This document shows positions 41,348 through 50,635 of a DNA stretch of 56,785 nucleotides, piece by piece. Source of the DNA: Paracoccaceae bacterium (GTDB lineage: Bacteria > Planctomycetota > UBA1135 > GCA-002686595); NCBI GenBank assembly GCA_047635895.1, contig JBLIHL010000001.1, forward strand, positions 1-56,785, read 5' to 3'. Numbering within the stretch: the first letter of the stretch is position 1; each line of letters starts with the position of its first letter. A program made the translations under genes and the position numbers. Below the pieces are notes generated by a model. That model saw only the letters and a program-made list of their open reading frames with translations. It did not search any database and had not been told where the DNA came from.

Positions 41348-41836
41348 CTACCGTTCGTTGCGTCGCTTGAAGCGCCTCGTTGGCGATGGAAGGAAGCCTC
41401 TTAGCAAGAAGAGGCTGGATGGCGAGCCGCACGCGCAGCAGCGCAGCTCGCTTTGAGTCGCGCGGGGTGAAGGGAGGTCATCGAGTGTTTCGTCAAGGGT
41501 CATTGCGTCCAGGGTCGCGACCATCGCGGCCTCTGTCTTGCAGTGATCCTCTGCCTCCAGCTCGGGAGGGGACCCCTGATGCGTTACGCTGATTCGTTGC
41601 CGCTCTCGATGACAGCTTTGACGCGCTGCGCTATTTCGTCGTCCCTTGCCGCTTCCGCGGTAGCGTCGTTCAGCGGCGCGCCGCTGACTTCGACGGGCCT
41701 CTGCCAGGCACGCTGCGCCGCAGTAGGTCTGCCCGCGATCGCACGCACGGCAGATGACAGCGAATGTGTCGCATTGCCGGCACCGAAAGCGCTTTGTTGA
41801 GTCTGTGTCCTGTCTCGATATCGCGACCTCCAGCAA
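41348..41836 (-). CDS. Cys-rich putative Zn-binding protein upstream of istA in IS21 element B
   Basis: CRQC...ICRACDRGQTYC...C...ARR.QRR.A..RY...GR, C-terminal CCACG; co-oriented directly upstream of istA; probable IRL near 42170. Confidence 0.6.
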   Translation of the reverse strand: MLEVAISRQDTDSTKRFRCRQCDTFAVICRACDRGQTYCGAACLAEARRSQRRAAERRYRGSGKGRRNSAARQSCHRERQRISVTHQGSPPELEAEDHCKTEAAMVATLDAMTLDETLDDLPSPRATQSELRCCACGSPSSLFLLRGFLPSPTRRFKRRNER

Positions 41837-42649
41837 CGGGAGGTGGACGGGCGCACGATGACGAGGGACACTTCAGCTCGATCCCGGCCTCGTCACCCGG
41901 GGCGGCATCTGGGCTCCTGTTTGGTGATAGAAGGCTCAGCTGCTGCTGTTTTCCCGAGGCTGGGATCTTCTGCTCCGTTTGGGTGCGCGTGTGGGCGATC
42001 TGCGGAGTGAGATCTGTCGACGTGGCTCGGCGTGAGCCAATTGGGAAACCAGATCCAGGAAGTCGTCCCGCCTTGGATCAAAACAAGAGCCAGTGCGGGG
42101 AAGGGGCGCGTTCGCGCTGATGAGCGTCGGAGGGGTTCAGGTTGGCCGTCAAGGTCGACGCAGACGAGCAGCGGACTGCTCCGGATCTAGGGTGTCACCT
42201 ACACGGGTGGCCTCGTGGCTCCTTCCGAGACGGCCGGAGCACCGATATTAGACGACGTGGCGCGTTTCTCATCTGCGACCTCCCAACGGTCGAAGACCTA
42301 GTAGCGTTGTGATGATCCGGCCATGTGGGAGCAGGACTGGTTTGCCAAGACCTCGATCCGCCCCCTCCTTCGCCATTGCTCGCCACCCACCGACCTGCCA
42401 ACTCGCCGCACTTCGACCTGCCAAACTCGCTGGCTCACTGCCAGCCACACACCGTCAGAGCTACCGATTCGACTGTCATGTGTACGTGACCCAGTCAGGG
42501 ATAGCTGCTTCACCCGTTGCCCATTGAGGATAGCTGGGCGGTAAGAAGAACGCGTCATTGTGTCGCAACGTTCCGCTATTCCAACAGATGCGCCACCCCG
42601 CCACCGACTCGTAGGCCGCGGGGTTGATCATAGATTCCGTACTTTCACA

Positions 42650-43966
42650 ATGCCCCCTTCTCCAACAGAACGTAGGTCAGGTCCGCCGTACCGAACTCTC
42701 GCTTTGTTGACTTCGGCGCTGACTTCGAACATTCTTTCAGAAGCGTCCTTCGAAGCTCTACGGCTTCGCGAGAAGTCCTTATCGATGCGGACTCACGGGC
42801 AGATGTCTCTCATTGCGATTGCGCTAGATGGTCAAGGTCCATCTGAATTGCTCCGTGCCGCGGATCAAATCAAGGAGAGCCTCCGCGGTTCCGATGTCAT
42901 CGGAAACTTAGGTCAAGGGCGCTTAGGAATCCTGTTGCCTGAGACATCGGAGTCAAATGCCCATTCGCTGGTCGACTCTATCCTAGCTGGTTTCGCCCAG
43001 ATGGATATCCATTGCGTACTGGAGGTCTCTGGCATTCCCCTTCGTGGAGCACAGGCGACGCGCTCGCACGCTCGGAGGGAGAGTGATTCCGAGGAGCCTG
43101 ATGGCCTGATGGATATGGCCGCTGGCGAAGTCGCGAAAGCCCCCCAACCCGCGATACAAAGCTCCCTAGCACCCGACTCAGTCACGGCGAGCTCGGCAAA
43201 GGCCCAAGGAGTCGCCACAGTCGAGTGCGCCGTGGACGCTTCTGCACGCGATCCAGAGATGCCGGACGCGGTGCTTCGAGGCCAGGCTCCGGCCGTGGGG
43301 CTGCCTGCTATCCATGAGCAGACTGACCCTGTGCCTGCCCAAGGCCTGAATGAGCTCTTTCGCCTGAGGATTGCTCCCCTCCAGCGCGGCCTCGACATCG
43401 TCGCTAGCAGCACGGCCCTAGTGGTAATGTTGCCACTGTTCGCCTTGGTGGCGATCGCCATCAAGCTCACTTCTGAGGGACCCGTCATCTACAGACAGAA
43501 GCGGGCTGGACTCGGCGGTAGGCCATTCTGGTTCTACAAGTTCCGCTCAAGGCATGTCGACGCCGACGCTCGCAAGGAAGAGCCTCAGCGAGAGGACCAG
43601 AAGGACGGCTCTATCTTCAAGATCAAGCATGATTCGCGAGTCACCTCGATCGGCCGGGTCATAGTGCGATACAGCTTCGATGAGCTCCCACAGCTACTCA
43701 ATGTGCTCCGCGGCGACATGGCGTTCGTGGGCCCGCGCCCAGCAACCGTCTACGCAATCGAGGCCTACGAGCCATGGCAGCGCGAGCGGCTCAACATAGC
43801 TGGCGGCTTGATGTGCATCTGGCAAGTCAGCTGCCGCAGCGCGATTGATTTTTACAAGTGGACACGTATGGACATGCAGTACTTCCGCAAGAGGTCGTCG
43901 GCCTTTGACGCCGGCCTAATCCCCAAGACCTTCGGCGCGGCGTTCCCCGGCAAGGGTAAGTACTAG
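42650..43966 (+). CDS. Priming sugar (phosphoglycosyl) transferase with N-terminal degenerate GGDEF-like region; start uncertain
   Basis: QRGLDIV.S..AL, IKLTS.GPVIY.QKR.G..GRPF.FYKFRS, DELPQL.NVL.GDM..VGPRP; N-terminal LRGSDVIG.LG.GRLGILLPET. Confidence 0.8.
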   Translation: MPPSPTERRSGPPYRTLALLTSALTSNILSEASFEALRLREKSLSMRTHGQMSLIAIALDGQGPSELLRAADQIKESLRGSDVIGNLGQGRLGILLPETSESNAHSLVDSILAGFAQMDIHCVLEVSGIPLRGAQATRSHARRESDSEEPDGLMDMAAGEVAKAPQPAIQSSLAPDSVTASSAKAQGVATVECAVDASARDPEMPDAVLRGQAPAVGLPAIHEQTDPVPAQGLNELFRLRIAPLQRGLDIVASSTALVVMLPLFALVAIAIKLTSEGPVIYRQKRAGLGGRPFWFYKFRSRHVDADARKEEPQREDQKDGSIFKIKHDSRVTSIGRVIVRYSFDELPQLLNVLRGDMAFVGPRPATVYAIEAYEPWQRERLNIAGGLMCIWQVSCRSAIDFYKWTRMDMQYFRKRSSAFDAGLIPKTFGAAFPGKGKY

Positions 43967-44270
43967 GCCAAGTGCTGCACCTCATTGACATCTGTCCCGC
44001 GACCAAGACGTGAATCGCCCGCTATACTGAGGCATGGCGGCCTCTCCGATATCCGGCTTGGTACTGAACCGACCACTGCGCTCCTCCAGAGCCGCGCCAA
44101 TTGCCTGCAAATCCAGTGATGAACTGTCCCCAACGAAACCCACAGCACCGTGCGTTGATTCAACGACCGGCTACCGAGCGACTGCTGCCCGAGCGCCGCC
44201 TCGTGAGCGAGTCGACCCATTCCCGGATCATCGACTCTTGCCATCCCCAGACGATCAAGGAGACCGTCTG

Positions 44271-45257
44271 ATGAAAGGGGTTCTCGTCGTTGTCGTCAAT
44301 TACCGCGTCGGCTCGCTCTGCCTTGACGCCGTGGCTGCGGTGGCGGATGAGGTCAGCGCTGATTCTTCGAACCGCCTCCTGATCGTGGACAACGCATCCG
44401 GCGATGGCTCGGATGACATGCTGGAGCGGACCATCCAAGAGCGTGGGTGGAGCACCTGGGCAACTCTCGTGCGGTCCCCCGTCAATGGCGGCTTTGCCGC
44501 AGGCAACAACTTCGGTATCCGCCACGCGGTAGCGGATGGGTGGCGACCTGCTTATGTTCACCTCTTGAACCCCGACACTGCAGCTGAACCGGGCGCATTG
44601 GAGGTCCTCTGGACATTCCTTGAAGCCAACAGCACCGTTGGAATAGCAGGCAGCCGACTCAACAACGAGCGCGGAGAGCAAGATCACTCGCGGTTCCGAT
44701 TCCCAAGCTTGGCGAACGAATTCGAGTCCAGGATCGGGTTGGGAGTCGTGTCCCGCGTGCGTCCGCGCTGGTCCATTGCGCTGCCGCTACGCTCAGTCAC
44801 TGAACAGGTCGATTGGCTTGCCGGGGCCAGCATGATGATTCGGCAGGACGTCTTCGATGACATCGGTCTGCTCGACGAAGGTTTCTTCATGTACTTTGAG
44901 GAGGTCGACTTTTGTCGGAAAGCCCTGCAGATGGGTTGGACGTGCTGGTACGTCGAAGAGAGCCGAGTGGCTCATTTCGCCGGCAAGAGCTCTGGGATCG
45001 ATATGGAAGACACCGTGGGTCGTGCACTACCCAAGTACTGGTACAGGTCGCGGCGCAGGTACTGGGTGAAGAATCACGGCTACGCCTTCGCCCTGTTTCT
45101 GGACTGTGTTTCCGGGAGCTGCGAGGCCCTGCGACTGCTGCGCTTGGCACTTCAACGCAAGACCAACCAGCAGCCAAGAGGTTTCCTTTTGGGCCTCATG
45201 GGTATGGGCTTCTCTCGGGGTGACCGTACTAGCACCTCCATGGGACGAGTGAACTAG
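44271..45257 (+). CDS. GT2 glycosyltransferase (WbbL-like)
   Basis: VVVVNY, IVDNAS.DGS, NGGFAAGNN, LLNPD, DEGFFMYFEEVD; RBS AAGGAG before ATG 44271. Confidence 0.88.
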   Translation: MKGVLVVVVNYRVGSLCLDAVAAVADEVSADSSNRLLIVDNASGDGSDDMLERTIQERGWSTWATLVRSPVNGGFAAGNNFGIRHAVADGWRPAYVHLLNPDTAAEPGALEVLWTFLEANSTVGIAGSRLNNERGEQDHSRFRFPSLANEFESRIGLGVVSRVRPRWSIALPLRSVTEQVDWLAGASMMIRQDVFDDIGLLDEGFFMYFEEVDFCRKALQMGWTCWYVEESRVAHFAGKSSGIDMEDTVGRALPKYWYRSRRRYWVKNHGYAFALFLDCVSGSCEALRLLRLALQRKTNQQPRGFLLGLMGMGFSRGDRTSTSMGRVN

Positions 45258-45259
45258 CC

Positions 45260-46501
45260 ATGCGGATCGCGTACCTCACCACCGACTACCCGAAGGTCAG
45301 CCACACATTTATTCGGCGCGAGCTGCTCGCACTTGAGTCCCGGGGACACGAGATTCAAAGACTGTCTATCCGTCGAGGTCAGACGTTTGTGGACGGTGCC
45401 GACTTTGAAGAAGCGAAGCGCACTTTTTATTGCCTGCAGCAATCGCCAATCCGAATGCTCGTGGCATTTGGTTGCGCCGCCTTCCTGTCACCGTTCAGGT
45501 TCCTGCGTGCCCTCAAGACGATGTGGGAACTCGCTGCGGTGAGCGACCGCAGCCTCCTTCGACACATTGCCTACCTGACCGAGGCCACCATCCTCCTTCG
45601 GCACCTGCGCTCCCACGCAGTTGAACACGTCCACGTTCATTTCGGAACGAACGCTGCCGCTGTGGCGCTTCTATTGCGCACCCTCGGCGGTCCCCCGTAC
45701 AGCATGACGGTGCATGGGCCCGATGAGTTCGACGCGCCTATCGGTGGTTCCTTGGGCAAGAAGGTCGCGGGTTCGCTGTTCACCGTGGCCATCAGCTCGT
45801 ACTGCGTCTCTCAGATCCGGCGCTGGATCAACTTCGAAGACTGGGACAAAGTCCACATTGTGCACTGCACCGTTGGCTCAGAATTCACCGAGCCGGCGCC
45901 ACTGATCCCTAGTGAGAGCACGACCCTGACCTGCGTGGGGCGCCTGACTCCGCAGAAGGGTCAAATCGTCCTACTGGAAGCCCTCGCTCTGGTGCGCGGG
46001 CGCGGCGTCGATGCGAAAGTGATATTGGTGGGGGACGGAGAGCTTCGTGAGGTACTAGAGGACCAGATACGCAGGCTCCGCCTCGAGTCCGCTGTGGAGA
46101 TTACCGGATGGGTGAATGAATCCCGAGTGCGTGAGGCGCTCATCGCCTCCCGTGCGTTTGTCCTCCCCTCCTTCGCAGAGGGTCTACCCGTTGCGATCAT
46201 GGAGGCATTGGCCTTAGGCCGACCGGTGATCAGTACATCGATCGCCGGGATCCCAGAACTCGTGACCGATCACGAGTGCGGCTGGATGGTGACCCCAAGT
46301 GATGTTGAATCCCTCGCCGACGCGATGCAGGAAGCTATCGAGCTGCCCATCAGCAGCCTGTCCAAGATGGGCCTTGTGGGCCGCGAGAGGATCTTGCGTC
46401 ACTTTACCGATGTTGGTGAAGCCGAGAAACTGGATCGCTTGATCCTCCGCGCGCACGGGCAACCGGCGAGCAGTCCCCAACCGGCGGCCGTGGCCTCGTG
46501 A
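45260..46501 (+). CDS. GT4 glycosyltransferase (WcaL-like)
   Basis: YP.VSHTFI.RE, HVH.HFGTN, TVHGPDEFD, VGRL..QKG, EGLPVAIMEA. Confidence 0.9.
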   Translation: MRIAYLTTDYPKVSHTFIRRELLALESRGHEIQRLSIRRGQTFVDGADFEEAKRTFYCLQQSPIRMLVAFGCAAFLSPFRFLRALKTMWELAAVSDRSLLRHIAYLTEATILLRHLRSHAVEHVHVHFGTNAAAVALLLRTLGGPPYSMTVHGPDEFDAPIGGSLGKKVAGSLFTVAISSYCVSQIRRWINFEDWDKVHIVHCTVGSEFTEPAPLIPSESTTLTCVGRLTPQKGQIVLLEALALVRGRGVDAKVILVGDGELREVLEDQIRRLRLESAVEITGWVNESRVREALIASRAFVLPSFAEGLPVAIMEALALGRPVISTSIAGIPELVTDHECGWMVTPSDVESLADAMQEAIELPISSLSKMGLVGRERILRHFTDVGEAEKLDRLILRAHGQPASSPQPAAVAS

Positions 46502-47634
46502 TGAAGATTCAGATCGTCCCCCACAGCCCGGCGAGCTACGAAGCCGTGCACGAGTTCAATCTCCGCATGAGCGAAGGAGGCTCGCGTTGGGGCTTTTACT
46601 GCTCGAACGTGTGCGACTGGCTCCCGTTCAAGACCGGTGAGCGTGTGTGGCGCGAGTACCACCTCGCCGTCGACGAGGAGCATAAAGTCCGTGGAGCGTT
46701 CGCCCTCAAGCCGCAGCCTTGGCTGATTGGCGGGCAACCGCAAACGCTGACCGACTGGCAAGGTCCATTCTCCGAAGGCGATATCGACAAGCGATACGCG
46801 GCCATGGGTCTTCGGCTCATACGCAGCATGCTCAAGCTTCGCCCCCTGCTCTTTAGCTGGGGCCATGGAAGCGGCGACGCTGTCATTCTGCAGATGTTGG
46901 AGAAGCTCGGCTGGATGCTTCATCCCACGCCCGTCTGCATCTACGTCAATCACCCCCATCGCTTCCTGCGCGAGGCCACGCTTCTTCGCTCTGGCCCCAT
47001 GCGACGCGTCGCACTGGAGGCCCTCGCGTGGAGTGGTATTGGCTGGGCTGGCGCGAAGTTCGCCCATCAACTGCTTGCCCTGAAGGGCAACAGCAATCGC
47101 CGATTCGGCGGCGCCACAGCCGAGGTCGAAGATCACTTCGGCAACTGGGCTGACGAGCTTTGGGAGCGTCACTCCCATGCCTACACCGCCATTGCCGTCC
47201 GGGACTCGGGGATCATGAACCGCTTGCTTCCCACCGATGGCCGCTGGCCCCAAGCGACGCGGCTCCGCATCCGGCGAGACGGCAAGGATATCGGCTGGGT
47301 TGCGATCCGTGACGAGAAGATGAAGGACGACGAGCGCTTTGGATCCCTGTATGTCGGATCCATCATCGACGGCTTCTGCCATCCATCCGATGCGGATGAC
47401 GTGGTCGGCGTCGCCACCGAAGCCCTCAAGGCCAAGGGTGTCGACGTCATCATCTCCAACCAAACCCACAGCGCATGGGTCAGCGCGTTCTGCGGACAAG
47501 GGTACGCAGCTGTGCCCGGCAAGCGCATCTTCGCGGCCTCGCCACAGCTGACAAAGCTGCTCGCGCCATGGGAGCAAGTATCCCAAGGCATACATCTAAC
47601 CAATCTAGACGGGCACGGACCCCACTCCATGTAG
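46501..47634 (+). CDS. Hypothetical protein, probable tandem GNAT-fold acyltransferase
   Basis: Translationally coupled; ID.RY..MGL.L.R.ML (motif A-like), ADELW...IAVRD...N, GSIIDGF pattern; fold call is inference. Confidence 0.55.
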   Translation: MKIQIVPHSPASYEAVHEFNLRMSEGGSRWGFYCSNVCDWLPFKTGERVWREYHLAVDEEHKVRGAFALKPQPWLIGGQPQTLTDWQGPFSEGDIDKRYAAMGLRLIRSMLKLRPLLFSWGHGSGDAVILQMLEKLGWMLHPTPVCIYVNHPHRFLREATLLRSGPMRRVALEALAWSGIGWAGAKFAHQLLALKGNSNRRFGGATAEVEDHFGNWADELWERHSHAYTAIAVRDSGIMNRLLPTDGRWPQATRLRIRRDGKDIGWVAIRDEKMKDDERFGSLYVGSIIDGFCHPSDADDVVGVATEALKAKGVDVIISNQTHSAWVSAFCGQGYAAVPGKRIFAASPQLTKLLAPWEQVSQGIHLTNLDGHGPHSM

Positions 47635-47679
47635 GAGCCCTGAGGCCACTCTCAGACATCTCTTCGAGAAGGTACGACT

Positions 47680-48558
47680 ATGAAAGCACACGACCATGCC
47701 GAAAGCGCCGCCCTTGCGCCGCGCCTGACCAAGGCATCCCGAAAATTCTACTGGTCTCCGTACGACTACATCGAATGGCCGGAGTCCATCGAAGGAGCAC
47801 GCTGGTACATGGCGCCGGAGCTCATCTCGATCTATGGAACCGAAATGTGGGAGGAACTCGACGACCAGCAGCGCACCCGCCTGAGTCACTTCGAGCTTGG
47901 GAACTTCTTCAGCTTGACGCTGCACGGCGAGCGGCCGCTGGTTCAGGGGCTCGTACACCGGCTGCACGCCAAGTCATCGGGCCCGGACATCACGGACTAC
48001 CTACACCACTTCATCGACGAAGAGAACAAGCACATGATCATGTTCGGTGAGTACTGTAATCGGTACATCGGCAAGGTCTACCCCGACAAGAAAGTAGCCT
48101 TCGGAAGAACCTACGAGAAGGGGGAAGAGGAGGTCGCGTTCTTCTGCAAGGTCCTCGTCGTCGAGGAGCTTGGCGATGTCTACAACGTCGCGATGCAGAA
48201 GGACGAGCGAATCGCCCCCCTCGTGGCGAAGCTCAACTGGGTCCACCACCGCGATGAGGCCCGCCACATGGCCTTCGGAAGACGATTCCTTGGAGAGCTG
48301 GCAGAGCACTGGCTTGCTACCTGGTCCGAGGAGGTCACCGAGAAGTTCCGCGAGTGGCTCGCTGCCTACATCCGTTCGTCCTGGGCGGACTTCTACAACC
48401 CCGCCATGTACCGCGATGCGGGCCTGCCGAAACCCTACGACATTCGTGTGCGCGCCATGGCTGACCCCTTGTGCCGTGCCCATCGTGAGCGAGTGAGTTC
48501 CCCCCTCGTTGAGTTTTTTATATCCACCGGGCTGCTCGTATCTGCCCCTGAACTTTGA
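47680..48558 (+). CDS. AurF/CmlI-like ferritin-fold diiron oxygenase
   Basis: PELIS.YGT..W..L...Q...LS..E, HGE, DEENKH, VEE..D, DEARH diiron ligand pattern. Confidence 0.8.
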   Translation: MKAHDHAESAALAPRLTKASRKFYWSPYDYIEWPESIEGARWYMAPELISIYGTEMWEELDDQQRTRLSHFELGNFFSLTLHGERPLVQGLVHRLHAKSSGPDITDYLHHFIDEENKHMIMFGEYCNRYIGKVYPDKKVAFGRTYEKGEEEVAFFCKVLVVEELGDVYNVAMQKDERIAPLVAKLNWVHHRDEARHMAFGRRFLGELAEHWLATWSEEVTEKFREWLAAYIRSSWADFYNPAMYRDAGLPKPYDIRVRAMADPLCRAHRERVSSPLVEFFISTGLLVSAPEL

Positions 48559-48567
48559 CCTATCGCC

Positions 48568-48945
48568 ATGAGCAGAACTGACTCCAAACAAATCGACGAC
48601 CTATCCCGCGCAACAGACTCCTCCCCCAGTGAGGGGCGCACGGCTCAGCCTTCAAGTACCCAACCCAGTGAGACCTCGAACTCAGATGCGGTGAACGAAG
48701 ACTCGGTTCGCCAGCAGCTCAGGAGCTGGATCGCTGAGCGGGCCCATCTCAGCTCAGCAAAGGAGCTCGAGGACGACACGCAGATTCTGGAGCAGGGGCT
48801 CATTTCGTCCCTGGACGTTGTTGAGCTGATGCTCTTCATCGAGAGCATTCTCGAGGAAGAGATCGACGCAGATGACATTGAACCGGACGTCTTCCAGAGC
48901 ATCGACCGCCTCTACGAACATTTCTTCAGCCAGGGCAACGACTGA
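48568..48945 (+). CDS. Acyl/aminoacyl carrier protein (DltC-like)
   Basis: DDTQILEQGLISSLDVVELMLFIE (Ppant Ser), acidic, F.SID.L; low-complexity N-terminal extension, true start may be downstream. Confidence 0.8.
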   Translation: MSRTDSKQIDDLSRATDSSPSEGRTAQPSSTQPSETSNSDAVNEDSVRQQLRSWIAERAHLSSAKELEDDTQILEQGLISSLDVVELMLFIESILEEEIDADDIEPDVFQSIDRLYEHFFSQGND

Positions 48946-48951
48946 GCGCGG

Positions 48952-50634
48952 ATGCCCTTGGGCACCAGCGAGACCAAACCATTGAAGTTCACACAAGACC
49001 AAGGTCGCCAGCTCCCCTCCAGTAGAGGGGCGATGAGCGCAGCTCGAACCCTCCTGAGCGGCTTCATACGCTCCGCTGCGGCGGACGGCACCGCCGCAGC
49101 CCTCTGGCTCGACGGACAAACGACGACCTATGGCGAGCTTGCTGCACACGCGGCCCAGCTCGCCCACCAGCTCGAAAGTGAGACGCGGGATGAAGCTACG
49201 CCTGCAGTCACCGCCGTACTTGGGCGCCGCTCCGTCGCGGTCTACGCAGGTATTCTCGCCTCCTTGTCGCGGGGCCACGCCTACGTCCCGCTCAACCCGG
49301 GTTTCCCGACCGACCGATGCCGGGATATGTTGACCCGGTCCAAGGCACGATTCCTGATCGTCGATGCCGAGGGAGCGAGCCAGCTCGTAGAGCTTCTATC
49401 GCCCGTCGAGGATCCAATCACTGTGATTGTCGATGGTGACGCTGACGTTTGTGGGCTGCAGAATGATCTGCCGCACCACAATATCTGCGCCTACGCCGAG
49501 GATCCGAACGAAGGACGCGCGTTAGCGGACAGCCCCGCGACTCCAGAGTCAATGGCGTACCTGCTGTTCACCTCAGGGACGAGCGGCACGCCCAAGGGAG
49601 TGATGGTCTCGCACGACAATGTCACTCACTTCGTTCAGTCCATGGTCGAGCGATACGACTTCAGCGCAGCTGATCGTTTCTCTCAGATGTTCGATCTGAC
49701 ATTCGACCTATCGGTGTTCGACATGTTTGTGGCGTGGGAAGTGGGTGCATGCCTATGCGTTCCGACAGCCCAGCAGAAGATGCTGCCCGGCGCCTACGTC
49801 CGTGCATCGAATCTCACCGTTTGGTTCTCCGTTCCGTCGACGGCGGCATTGATGGCCCGGTTAAGGATGCTCAAGCCTGACGCCTTCCCTTCGGTGCGTA
49901 TTAGCCTGTTCTGCGGCGAAGCGTTGACCAGCGACATCGTCAATCGGTGGCAGGTTGCGGCGCCATCCAGCGTGATCGAGAACCTCTACGGTCCCACGGA
50001 GCTCACGATCGCCTGCACGGGATACCGTTGGCACCCGGATTCCTCACCAGAGAGCTGCGAGATAGGCCTGGTTCCGATCGGAGAGGCATTCCCTGGCCTG
50101 TCCTCCCTTGTGGTCGACGAGGGACTCCACGAAGTCGAGGCGGGCGGCATAGGGGAGCTCTTGGTGGCGGGTCCCCAGGTCGCCTTGGGCTACTGGATGG
50201 ACGAGGTGCGCACGGCCAAGGCATTCGTAGTGCCTGCAGCGTCGGACCAGATCCACTACAGAACCGGCGACCGCGTCCGCAGACCCGCCACCCCGGATGC
50301 ACCCCTCACGTATCTCGGGCGCGTCGACAACCAGATTAAGATCCAGGGTTACCGGGTCGAGCTCGGCGAGGTTGAATTCGAGATCCGCCGTGCGTCGGGT
50401 GCGTCTACCGCCGTAGCGATCGGCTGGCCGCAGACCCCATCCGGCGCGGATGGCATCGTCGCCTTCGTCGGGCCAAAGTCTGTCGACGTAGGGGCCGCAC
50501 TGTCCTCCTTGCGCAGCTCCTTGCCGAGCTACATGACGGTTTCGCGGCTCATCGCGTTGGATGAGTTCCCCCTGAACGCCAACGGCAAGATCGACCGTGG
50601 CGCACTCGCGCAGAGTCTCCAGGAGGAGATCTGA
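48952..50634 (+). CDS. Stand-alone amino acid adenylation enzyme (DltA-like)
   Basis: YLLFTSGTSGTPKG, FDLSV, FCGE, NLYGPTE, YRTGD, QIKIQGYRVELGE, NANGKIDR; no fused PCP. Confidence 0.88.
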   Translation: MPLGTSETKPLKFTQDQGRQLPSSRGAMSAARTLLSGFIRSAAADGTAAALWLDGQTTTYGELAAHAAQLAHQLESETRDEATPAVTAVLGRRSVAVYAGILASLSRGHAYVPLNPGFPTDRCRDMLTRSKARFLIVDAEGASQLVELLSPVEDPITVIVDGDADVCGLQNDLPHHNICAYAEDPNEGRALADSPATPESMAYLLFTSGTSGTPKGVMVSHDNVTHFVQSMVERYDFSAADRFSQMFDLTFDLSVFDMFVAWEVGACLCVPTAQQKMLPGAYVRASNLTVWFSVPSTAALMARLRMLKPDAFPSVRISLFCGEALTSDIVNRWQVAAPSSVIENLYGPTELTIACTGYRWHPDSSPESCEIGLVPIGEAFPGLSSLVVDEGLHEVEAGGIGELLVAGPQVALGYWMDEVRTAKAFVVPAASDQIHYRTGDRVRRPATPDAPLTYLGRVDNQIKIQGYRVELGEVEFEIRRASGASTAVAIGWPQTPSGADGIVAFVGPKSVDVGAALSSLRSSLPSYMTVSRLIALDEFPLNANGKIDRGALAQSLQEEI

Positions 50635-50635
50635 A

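Noticed and set aside
42495-42550. ops/JUMPStart-like GGGCGGTAAG and repeated GGATAGCTG before the priming transferase
   Set aside because: Does not match GGCGGTAG consensus; too short to support.
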